From contig MU058290.1 of the NCBI GenBank assembly GCA_013265495.1, positions 542,667-562,666 of the forward strand: DNA of 20,000 bases. Reading direction: 5' to 3'. The translations under genes were made by a program, and so were the position numbers. Shown one piece after another: positions 1 to 9,052 of the stretch. The first letter of the stretch is position 1, and each line of letters opens with the position of its first letter. The stretch is from Vicugna vicugna. Its lineage: Eukaryota. The notes under the pieces are model-generated. The model worked only from the letters and a program-made list of their open reading frames with translations. It was not told the DNA's origin and made no database searches.

Positions 1-331
1 TAGTCATATGGTACACGGGCTCTAAATTTTCAAAAATTTCTATTTGGACTTCTGCTTTGGGTCCCTCAGATATTTGAGGTGGGTCTGCCCCTTCTTTCCA
101 GCTCTTGGGGTCCTTTGGGGCACTGAAATAACTGAAAGGAGACAAAGACAAGTCTGATTCATGAAATCACAGGAGGATTATTGACTTCACATTTCCAGAG
201 CACATGGGAGCTAAGAATGTACATTTATAGCCTAGCTGTAAACTACACATCGTGAATGAGCCAATACAGTAGGGGAAATAATAGTAATAACACAGCAAGG
301 AAGACAGTAACAATCAGGAAAAGCAAGGTTT

Positions 332-502
332 TATTTGTTTTGGGTTAGTGGTCCAAAATTGTAATACTGAGTACCACCCTCCTCTTTCCCTTGTCCCAGC
401 TTTGAGTAAATTGTGCAAAACTACATGGAAATGGCCTGAATATTTATTGACTAGTTACTTCCCAAGTAGCCTCCAATATAGTTTTACAAAGTCGTTTAGT
501 GG
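332..502 (+). repeat. Copy 1 of an ~170-bp diverged direct duplication (copy 2 at 3416-3587)
   Basis: Manual alignment gives roughly 80% identity, mostly transitions. Shared blocks include cccttgtccca, ctttgagta, attgtgcaaaact, tggaaatggcctg and caatatagttttacaaa. Confidence 0.9.
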
Positions 503-690
503 GAGTTTTGGGAAGTAGAAGGTTTACCCATTGCTCAATTACTCCCTCTAAGAGTCCTAGAAACTAGGAAGTGTTATTGGTGAGAAACCAGCATGCCATC
601 CCAATATGTACTCCTCATCTGGAGAAAACATTTCCTGGCAGATGTTTCTCAATAAATAACTCTTAGTGATTTTTTGGATCTTTTAATATT

Positions 691-795
691 CATTCATTCA
701 TTCCTCATTCATGAATTCACTGTTAATTTATTATCCATTCTTTAACAGCTATCTTCTGAGTGCCTGCTGTGCTTGGCAGTGTTGTAGGTACCTTG
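691..795 (-). mobile_element. LINE-2 3' end fragment
   Basis: (cattcatt)n followed by ctgagtgcctgctgtgcttggcagtgttgtagg, resembling the reverse complement of the L2 3' terminus. Confidence 0.65.
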
Positions 796-924
796 CCAAT
801 TTGTGTATTGCCCCAAACATCAACAGATGACCCAAATATCTAATTATAAAGTCTCTCAATATCCACCAGGGGAAGGTGAATAGCATTCTAAGACAATCTG
901 TGAGCCCAGATGACTGGGGGGAGT

Positions 925-1166
925 AGAGGAGAGAGGTCAAAAGTGTGGACTCTGGAGTCAGACATCCTCCTCATGATCCAGCTTCACTACTTACCAGAGG
1001 ACAACTTAATTTCTCAGTATCTCTTTGGACAATGAGGACACTAAAATATCTGCCTCACAGGGTTGTCAGGAAAACTAAACAAAATAATACTTGTAAAGCT
1101 CTAATTAAAGTGTGTCTACATATGGTCAGAACTCAATAAACACTGACTGGTTATGTTACCATCATT
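925..1166 (+). mobile_element. MIR SINE
   Basis: ggactctggagtcagac...cctcacagggttgtcagga...ttgtaaagct...ctcaataaa follows the MIR consensus order. Confidence 0.8.
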
Positions 1167-1440
1167 GCTAATTGTTTTATTAAACAGAAAATAAAAGCTG
1201 AAAGAAGATTGTACAATTGTTTTATCCTAGAGAATCAGACAGAAAGAGCTTTTGACCCCAGACCCCTGCTGGATGACAATTAAACCCTTAGTAACTCCCC
1301 ATTCACACCGAAACTAGCCTTGACATAAGAAATGTCATGTTTTATGATATATGTGTCCTAAAAATTATGTAAAAAATCACATTTGAAGTGTTAAAAAATG
1401 TTCTAGTTACCATCAAACATTCAAGGTTTTTATATCATTG

Positions 1441-1655
1441 TTTTTTAATTAAATATTTTATTAAAATTTAGGATAGTTTTAAATTTACAGAATAGTTGCA
1501 AAGACAGTACGGACAGTTTTTGTATACCTCACATCATTTCCCTTAGTGTTAACTGCTTACACTATGAGGTACATTTGTCACAACTAATGAACCAATACTG
1601 GTACATTATTATTAACTAAACTCCATTTTATTTATATTTCAATAGTTCTTTCCTT
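1441..1655 (-). mobile_element. Old L1 (L1MC-type) 3'UTR fragment
   Basis: T-rich tail, then aaatttacagaatagttgcaaagacagtac...gtacatttgtcacaactaatgaaccaatactggtacattattattaactaaactcca, typical of the reversed L1MC 3' end. Confidence 0.75.
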
Positions 1656-2149
1656 AGCAAATAGGCTTGGCCAAGTTACCCATGTTTCATTGTCATGCTA
1701 GTTATTGATTGATTGTCCTTATTGCTCTTCATGTTTCCATGAAGCTTTTTGTAATTATTCCATAAACAAACACTACAAACACCTGGTGAGCTTCTGGTAC
1801 TTAGAGGAAATGGTAAAATATATAATGTAAATACAATGCAGTCTGGTTTCTATCTCTTAAGTGAATAACTCTTTAACTTTCTATCCCTCCCCACCTCTTC
1901 CTCTTCTCTCTTCAAATCTATAGTTTATCATCTGCAAGTTCTATCCTGCACCCGATTCTAGTACAAATATTCTCATGGGAATCTGTAGGAGTATGGGGTA
2001 TGCACAGCAATAAGAAAATCAAGGAAAATACCTAGGAGCCCCCATATTATTGACTTTGCTACAGTACCACTCTAAACTTTGGGTCCAGTTCCAGTGTCTA
2101 AGCATGTTCCAAGACCAAGTCTTGGTCCTTGTCCTCACTTATTGTCCTA

Positions 2150-2490
2150 TTCCTGTCCCACTGTATATACCTCTGAACTACTTTCCTCTCTATGCCTCTG
2201 GACATGCTGCTTCCTCTGCTGGAATTACTGATCCTTTTTTTGCCTTTAACACTCAGATTAAGAGTTTTATCTTCTTGGATTTCAAATCTGATCCTGTTCA
2301 GGTGGAGTTCTATTAAATGATTCTTAAATGAATTTTCATAGTATAATATACTTATACTTAGTCAGCATAGCACTCACTGTATTTATTGCAATTTTCTTCT
2401 CACTTGTTAGGCTGCCTCACTAGTCAGTGATCTTTGTATCTAGAGTATCCAGTACAGTGCCCAGCCAAGAATTAATGCTTTATAAATGTG
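2150..2490 (+). mobile_element. LINE-2 3' region; its tail resumes after the L1 insertion at ~2892-2925
   Basis: gcctctggacatgctgcttcctctgctggaat and tctttgtatc...agtacagtgcccagcc...ataaatg are L2-like motifs. Confidence 0.65.
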
Positions 2491-2891
2491 TTTTTCTATT
2501 GACATACAATTTATATACAATATTGTGTAAGTTTAACATATACAACGTATAGATTTGATACATTTATATATTGCAGAGTGACTGCCACTATAGCTTTAGC
2601 TAACATCTCTATCACATCATGTAATTATCATTTCTTTTTTTTGCAGTAAGAACACTTAAGATCTAGTTTCTGAGGAACTTTAAAGTATATGATATAGCAT
2701 TGTTGACTGTAATAACTATGCTATGCATTAGATCTCCAGGACTTACTCACTTCTGGTTGCACATTTGTACCCTTTAACATCTCCCAAGTTCCTCCTCTCC
2801 CCAGCCTCCCATTCTACGCTTTTTGTACATGAGTTCCACTTTTTTAGATTGCACACTTCAATGATACCGTATGGTATTTGTCTTGGTCTGG
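2491..2891 (-). mobile_element. L1 (L1MA-type) 3' end, 5'-truncated, inserted in the L2 tail
   Basis: Reversed L1MA 3'UTR motifs (aagaacacttaagatcta, ctatgctatgcattagatctccaggacttactca, ttttttagattgcacac...atggtatttgtct). Flanking ataaatg at 2482-2488 and 2892-2898. Confidence 0.85.
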
Positions 2892-3415
2892 ATAAATGCT
2901 TTGGAAGGAACGAAGGAACAGAACAAGAAAGGAAGAAAAAGAGAGAAGCACGTGGCACAGTCCTTCATCTCAAAAGGAATCTGAGTGGAGAACCAGTAAG
3001 AACAGGACTGCCACGGTTAGCTATTCCCTTGTCTAAACAGCCCCTGTACTTATACCCTAGGCAGTCACAGAACAATAAACTGTTGCCAACAACAACAAAA
3101 GACACTTTAATGCTGCAACATGAGAATCCTTTTTACCTCAGGAAATCATGAACGAAGGTGCATGTTATTTAGATTATAATATTCTTTCTGTTGTGATGGT
3201 TGCGCTATTCAAACACACAGAAGTTTAGGCTTGACCTGAACGTTCATGCTGTAATTCAGGGACTCAAGCTCCCCTGACCTAAATCGCTTAGAAACCCATT
3301 CATGTACTGAGGCAGGGTCTTCATTCGTGCCACTGAATCAAACATCTTCCTTGCCTACCTGAGCTTCAGCAAATTTTAAAAGGAAGTAAAATATTCTAAT
3401 AGTTTTCCAAACAAA

Positions 3416-3587
3416 TATTTGTTGTTGAGTTAGCAATCCAGTGTAGTGATACTGAGCATCACCTTCTCCCTGCCCTTGTCCCAACTTTGAGTAGATTGTG
3501 CAAAACTGTGGAAATGGCCTGGATATTTATTAGTTTATTAATTACCAAGTAACCTTCAATATAGTTTTACAAAGAGTCATTTAGTGG
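3416..3587 (+). repeat. Copy 2 of the ~170-bp diverged direct duplication
   Basis: Aligns to 332-502 at an offset of ~3085 bp. Confidence 0.9.
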
Positions 3588-3720
3588 TGATTACACTTGC
3601 AACAGCACCCTCTGGCTGCTACCCAATCACTGGCCCAGAGATTCCCTCAGGGTTGTGATGAGGCATAAAGACTGCTGATGGTTTCTCTCTCTTGGCAGCT
3701 AGGAACGTAGCCGGAAGTTC
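3538..3720 (+). promoter_or_regulatory. Candidate OR promoter A
   Basis: Homeodomain-like TAATTA 3539-3544, CCAAT 3623-3627, O/E(EBF)-like CCCAGAGA 3634-3641, TCCCTCAGGG 3643-3652, TATA-like CATAAA 3664-3669 and ETS core CCGGAAGT 3711-3718, all in non-TE sequence upstream of a strong donor. Confidence 0.35.
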
Positions 3721-3777
3721 TTGCAGATCAAGATCAGAAGCCATGGCATGGCTGTAAACTCATGAAATTCTATCTTT

Positions 3778-3848
3778 GAGAAAGATAGAGGGAGAAAGAG
3801 AGAGAGAAAAGAGAGAGAAAGAGAGAAGGGGGAGAGAGAGAGAGAGAA
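3778..3848 (+). repeat. (GA)n-rich polypurine microsatellite
   Basis: Directly visible imperfect GA repeat of ~70 bp. Confidence 0.95.
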
Positions 3849-4012
3849 CAATCAAACTCAGGACCTCTTCTTGGGCTGGAGGTGTAATCCTTTCTGTAAG
3901 AGAAGCATCACTCTACAGATCTCAACTATTTAGTGTGAATATCTGGTTATAGGTCACATTTCTAACTCAGAAAGGTTTATCGATCCAAGAAGATCTCAGG
4001 TTGTCCAGATCC

Positions 4013-4046
4013 ATGGCGTGGGACCACACTCAAGAAGACAACCAGA
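4013..4046 (+). other. Candidate upstream coding mini-exon A of the OR (MAWDHTQEDNQ + 1 nt), donor AGA|GTAAGT at 4046/4047
   Basis: ATG at 4013 with +4 G, 34 stop-free nt, perfect GTAAGT donor. Phase 1 matches the acceptor at 9014/9015. Possible acceptor ttctaactcag| at 3970/3971. Confidence 0.35.
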
Positions 4047-4204
4047 GTAAGTCTCCCACTTGGAATGATAGGTTAACAGCTGGTGAAAGAGACAAGAATT
4101 TTATTGATGCTAATCACATTCAAGGATAAAGAGAAATCTTTAAATTCTTCACTTTTTTTTTGGCAATATCTGCTCTAGTAATGCTATTAAGTGATTCAGG
4201 AAAT

Positions 4205-4392
4205 AGTTCGTTATAGTTTAGAGTGGGTATCAATATTACTTCAGTTGGAATTTAGTCCTGGCTTTACCACTAACAGTGAAACCTAGATAATTCAGTTTCC
4301 TCTCTGCACTTCATTTGTTTCACCAATGGTTAAATAAGTGGAATAAAGTCAAGTGTTCTCTAAGATCCTTTTTACTCATATAAGATAGGACT
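4205..4392 (+). mobile_element. Degenerate MIR (MIRc/MIR3-like)
   Basis: tttagtcctggctttaccactaac...ctctctgcacttca...ttctctaagatcctttt. Confidence 0.6.
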
Positions 4393-4499
4393 TTACATAA
4401 ATCTACGAGGTTTTGAGAAAGTCATTCAAAGGCATTACTCTAAAATGAATCTAAACTGACTGTATTTTCAATAAAAAATAATAAAATAAAATGAATCTA

Positions 4500-4600
4500 T
4501 GTCAGGAATAGGTTTATATTCATCTTTTTATATTCACAGCACAGTACACGACACAGAGGATGTGCTAAATAAATATTCATCAAGTGACAGAACAAATAAA
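4500..4600 (+). mobile_element. LINE-2 3' end fragment
   Basis: tattcatctttttatattcacagcacagtac...gtgctaaataaatatt. Confidence 0.6.
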
Positions 4601-4954
4601 TACTGGTGCTGTATGAAATACAGAAATATATCTGTAGTCTACATTGTGTTCCACTAACTCAGCTGAAGATTTTGTCAAGACTTTACTTGCTCAGACACTA
4701 TTGCACAGAGAGCTCGCTATGAGGTGGAGCTGGCTATTAGGAAAGAAATCCAGAATGTTTGATCTCTGCCCTTTGCAGATCACTCACAGGAGAAGCTGAG
4801 ACTAAATCTTTTTCCCAGAAAATATCAGGGAGCTGCAGTCTTGCTATTTGTTCTATTTAAAATAATTTAGGTGGACTCATGGAGTTAAATATCAGAGCAA
4901 CCTTGTTTTTTTTAACAGAATATGTCCCATTATAACTAGTATATATTCTTTGGC

Positions 4955-5025
4955 ATCATCACAGGGAGACCAAATTTGACCTAAGACCCTGGGAGGACCA
5001 GTGGAAATAATCAGTCCCATAGAGG
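4955..5025. promoter_or_regulatory. Cluster of O/E(EBF)-like sites, candidate OR promoter B
   Basis: tcacagggag 4959-4968, accctgggag 4986-4995 and tcccatagag 5015-5024 within 70 bp. A TAAT-rich cattaattaatt lies at 5114-5125. Confidence 0.3.
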
Positions 5026-5117
5026 TTCTTTTTCAGATGTCTGATACCGATGCTCCTGAAATTCCACCACTAAAACAATCCTAGATTTGCAGATCACTTT
5101 TTGCTTTTCCGTCCATT

Positions 5118-5275
5118 AATTAATTCAGTCCTCACCATGAGTGGCATTATTTTCTCATAGAGAAGGACTGAAGTTAATAGAAGTGAGGAAAATTGCGTTC
5201 AGATCTGCCTGTAACAAGCAGAGCTATGCATCAAACCCAGTTGTTCTATCTTTAAATTCTGTGTTCTCTCTCCCA
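5118..5275 (-). mobile_element. Degenerate MIR
   Basis: aggactgaagttaatagaagtgagg...agcagagctatgcatcaaacccag...tctgtgttctct matches the reversed MIR core. Confidence 0.6.
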
Positions 5276-5550
5276 ATGAAGAAAGTAGAAAAACCTCGGG
5301 TCTTAGACTTGGATTAATTTTATGGGCTACTGAGGCAGATTCAAGATAAAGTTGAGTCAGTCACCATCCTAGGAGCACAGAGCAGCTGCACGAGCATTTT
5401 TGGGTATCCTTGTTTGAACTCTTAAAGAAAGTCGTGCAAGGATATGGACTATATTCTGATACTACTCCAGTCAAAAATATATATTTGAGAGGGTGGATGT
5501 GAGCAGAAGATGCATTTTCTAAGATTTTGATAAGCTTGGAATTTACATAA

Positions 5551-5572
5551 ATGGAATTAGGAGATGCACATG
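5551..5572 (+). other. Candidate upstream coding mini-exon B of the OR (MELGDAH + 1 nt), donor ATG|GTAAGG at 5572/5573
   Basis: ATG at 5551 with +4 G, 22 stop-free nt and a strong donor. Phase 1 matches the acceptor at 9014/9015. Confidence 0.3.
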
Positions 5573-5649
5573 GTAAGGAGGTTAGTGTCCTAACATGACT
5601 CCTATCCAGGCTTGGTCCCTCCAGCATGGTCTCCAGTCACTAAGGTGTG

Positions 5650-5900
5650 TGGTGATGACTAGATACTCACTTACAGTGTGCCGTGTACGTAAGTGCTTTA
5701 TATGGAACACATATGTAATCTTTACAACACTTATGTGGTATGTGCTACTTTTTTCCACGTTTTGCACTTGAGAAAACAGGCAAAGGGAAGTTAACTAAGT
5801 TTCCTAAAATCATAGTGTTAGCAAGTAGGAGAGTTAGAATTTGAATGTAGGCAAGCTGGGTTTCAGACTTTTTTTTTTTTTAAAAAAGTGCTCTCACCAC
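5650..5900 (-). mobile_element. MIR SINE
   Basis: aagtgctttatat...taatctttacaacac...tgagaaaacaggc...agcaagtaggagagttagaatttgaatgtaggca. Confidence 0.8.
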
Positions 5901-5904
5901 CTCC

Positions 5905-6380
5905 CGTTCCTGCTGCCCGCTTGCCCTACGAGTGATCTTTATTTATGATCCCCCAAGTCATCCAAGATAAATTCCAACTCCTTGGCTTAACTCACAAGAC
6001 TGTTTATGGTATGAGAAACTTTTCCTTTTTAGCCTGACTTCCGGACACTTCCCTTCATGGATTCTGTGCTGAATCATATCAAACCTGTTGACATTCCATA
6101 TAGAGGAGTCTATGATGATTTACACCTTTTATCTTCATATATTCTATTCACTATTCACTTCCTGCCTTGTCCACTTCTCTGTGCCCTAACCCTGCAAACT
6201 ACTTCATCTACAGGTTAACTCTAAGTCATCTTCCAAAATTCCACTCAATGATGACTTTCTCTGGAAAGGTGTCCCTGACTCTCCTGGACTTTCTTACCCT
6301 TATCTCATAAAACTGTGATTGAAAGTTTATGTGTAGACCTCCTCTATTTGATTGTCAGTTCATGGCAAATAAAATAATGT
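5905..6380 (+). mobile_element. Degenerate LINE-2 fragment
   Basis: caagataaattccaactccttggcttaactcacaagac...ttctctggaaaggtgtccctgact are L2-like. Confidence 0.55.
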
Positions 6381-6669
6381 CTAGATTAATGACCAATATC
6401 ACATCATTGCTACTGCATTGTCACTGTAAATTAAATTGAGCAAAATTGGGCACAAATTGTGCGTGTTGCGATGATCTTGCCAGCCACAACAGTAGTCTTC
6501 GTCTCTAAATGCTAGGTATAATTTAAACCTAAAAATATATAAAAAATATATAAAAAAATATAAACCAAACTCTTTGTGATTAGCATAAAAGGAATATTTT
6601 GACTTTGCAGAAGGTTTAAGACTTTCAAAGGAGAAAGAAGATATGGTGACTTTGATGCCATCAGCCCCG

Positions 6670-6900
6670 CAGTATGCATACTGGTTAAGAAAATAAATTT
6701 TGAAGTCCCATTGCCTAGATTCAAATACCAACTCTGCCAGTCATGAGCTCTGTGATCTTGGGCAAATCATTTCCTCTGTCTGTGCTTCAGTTGCCTCTTC
6801 TGTGAAGTGGGGATAGTGATGATAGCTTACCTTATAAGATTTGTATGAGAATTAACTGAGGACAACACCTGGCATATAGTAGGTACAAGTGCTTTCTCTT
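6670..6900 (+). mobile_element. MIR SINE
   Basis: tggttaaga...tgcctagattcaaataccaactctgcca...tgtgatcttgggcaaatcattt...ctgtgcttcagttgcctcttctgtgaagtggggatagtgat. Confidence 0.9.
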
Positions 6901-7054
6901 ATTAAATATTTTTTCAGCCCTTATGATTTTACCAATTGGTGATAATTGAGCACATTTGGTTTTACTGTTATAATGTCATAGAATATTCAAAGATTTAAGA
7001 ACACAGAGCATATCCTCCTCTTAAAGGACTCTGTGCCATAAAAGAGCAATTGCT

Positions 7055-7224
7055 TTAAAAAATTGTTTTTAATTATTTTATTTTATTTTACTTCATTTTG
7101 GGGGGGAGATAATTAGGATTTTTATTTATTTGTTTGCTTATTTATTTACATAGAGGTACTGGGGATTGAACCCAGGACCTCGGGCATGCTAAGCATCTGC
7201 TCTGCAACTGAGCTAACTCCTCCC
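7055..7224 (-). mobile_element. tRNA-derived SINE of the camelid Vic-1 type
   Basis: Reverse complement reads GGGAGGAGTTAGCTCAGTTGCAGAGC...GGTCCTGGGTTCAATCCCCAGTACCTC (A box and B box), then an (AAAT)n linker, CCTAATTATCTCCCCCCC and an A-rich tail. Confidence 0.85.
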
Positions 7225-7273
7225 TCTGAATGTGCTTTTTAAAATGCAACGCTTTTTCATGAGTTTATTTTTC

Positions 7274-7335
7274 TATGATCTATCTATCATTATCAATCAT
7301 CTATCTATTTCTCATTCCATTTTTCTATCATTTAT
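7274..7335 (+). repeat. Degenerate (TCTA/TCAT)n simple repeat
   Basis: tctatctatcattatcaatcatctatcta. Confidence 0.6.
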
Positions 7336-7354
7336 TTAAGGGTTTGTGTATTTT

Positions 7355-7577
7355 GTGGGTTCTAGATTCAGAATTCAACAACTCATACCAACCCCTTCAC
7401 TGACTGTGTTATAGTGGATGATTCACCAGAACTCTTCAAACTTTGGTGCTCTGTAAAATGGAGATAAAAATTATAATGTTCTTGAGAGGATAGAAATGAG
7501 GTAACATATGATAATAATTTAGCACACAATCCTGAACATAGGAAGGTGCTTAAAAAATGTTGACAGTTATTAATAGT
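7355..7577 (+). mobile_element. MIR SINE
   Basis: ctgtaaaatggagataa...gaggatagaaatgaggtaacatatg...ttagcacacaatcctgaacataggaaggtgct. Confidence 0.8.
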
Positions 7578-7774
7578 ATCTCTACAATGAAAATGGGCAG
7601 ACACTATAGTTTATCTCAGGAATAAAATTACATAAAAATTTTGTTATTTTCTATTAGTTGTTTATGTACCTTTTATATAATAGCTGACTTGGTAAAATTA
7701 TAAATTCTATCTACTAGAGGGGTCCCACTGCATAGACTCAAATTATAATGTAAAAAACTTCATAAATACCAACA

Positions 7775-7955
7775 TGCTATATAGATGACATTTTATTTCT
7801 GTAACAGCTTTGTGAGATAAATAACTGTATCATCCATCTTTTATGGATGAGAAAACCAAGATTCAGAGGAGATAAGTAGATTTAGCCAAAGCTGGCAGTC
7901 GGTGAGGGGGCTCAAACCTGAATCACTCAGCTCTGGGTAGTGTGCTTTCCATTGT
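7775..7955 (-). mobile_element. MIR SINE
   Basis: ttttatggatgagaaaaccaagattcagaggagataagtagatttagccaaag...gtgctttccattg. Confidence 0.75.
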
Positions 7956-8989
7956 CTGTGCAGAAAAGAGGTGTTCTTAGTATAAAGATGGAGAACAGCT
8001 AGCAATTTGCATAATTCAGGGAAGCCATTTTTATTCTGAGGATCTTTAGATCTTGTCTCTTGAGTCAGTCATCTCTTTAAAGAATTCTTCCCTGATTGTT
8101 CTTACCCAACATTTTTTCTGTATGCCTTAAGCACTTGTGTATATAATTTGTAAAACATATCAAACACTTACTTTTTAACTGCCATTAATAGCTTTATCTG
8201 TCTGGGAAATTTTATTCCTAATTCTTACATATAATTACAAGGACAGAGAGTTATCTGGAGCATTTTCAAGGCAAAAGGACAGAGGATGATAAAAACTTCA
8301 ATAATTTTTAAACGTTTCAACTCTTTAGAGCAACACAGAACAAAGTATTTCTCTGTATAGTTTGACCACGTTTCATGGATTTGTTACTGGCAAGCAAAAT
8401 TGAATTTTCACATGCAACTCAAGGATTAGGATTCAAACACATCCAGCGTTGATTTATAAGCATAAACTGTTGGTAAGCACTGTATATGTTATTCTCAGTC
8501 ACTTAAAAAAACTTAATTTTAAATTGTGTTGAAATTTCCAAACTAATTTAGAAACTAGAAACTGAGTCCTCACTTAAGTAGAATGCTATCTTCTAAAGCT
8601 GATCTGTATATATTATATTAAATAAAAAATTCATCTAGGAATTTTAGACATCAGATCTCAGATTCTAACTCCTTGCTTTTATCTCCAGTCTCAAAAATTA
8701 ACTTATCTATTTAATAATTAAAGTGTTTTCATCCAAAGATAATTTCTCTTGAGGAGGGCAGAGAGAGAGGGAGGGAAGAGGTGATGAAGAAAAAACTTTG
8801 GGGAGAGAAGAACTCTAGGTCTAAGTGTAACAAAAAATCAAATGTGTCAATAATATGATAAGAAAGTTAATAATGAGAAAAATATCCATTCACTATATTC
8901 AAGAAATATAAATAATTTCCTCTGTTACATTTAGCATCACTTAAACGTTTTCATGACTGTTATTGTTAGGCTTTACCCACTCACAATGG

Positions 8990-9014
8990 TTTATAACATT
9001 TATTTTGTCTGCAG
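8990..9014 (+). other. Splice acceptor of the OR coding exon
   Basis: ttataacatttattttgtctgcag| has a branch-like ataac, a pyrimidine tract and CAG ending at 9014, 38 nt before ATG 9053. This is the usual OR gene layout. Confidence 0.75.
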
Positions 9015-9052
9015 AGAATCAGAGCCACTCAACCAGTTCTGCCTGGATCCCC

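Noticed and set aside
1..90. Possible terminus of a small DNA transposon (MER/hAT-like)
   Set aside because: The resemblance is weak and truncated by the window edge, so it cannot be supported.
2743..3151. 128-aa and 71-aa ORFs
   Set aside because: They span L1/L2 remnants and A-rich sequence and show no recognisable protein motif.
7150..7224. tRNA gene-like sequence
   Set aside because: It is the head of a SINE with linker and A tail, not a tRNA gene.
7355..7955. Inverted MIR pair as an RNA hairpin
   Set aside because: The copies are too diverged to form a stable duplex, and such pairs are common.
8963..9052. 342-aa ORF start given by the ORF track
   Set aside because: It starts at a TTG and runs through the polypyrimidine tract and acceptor. 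The genuine single-exon start is ATG 9053.
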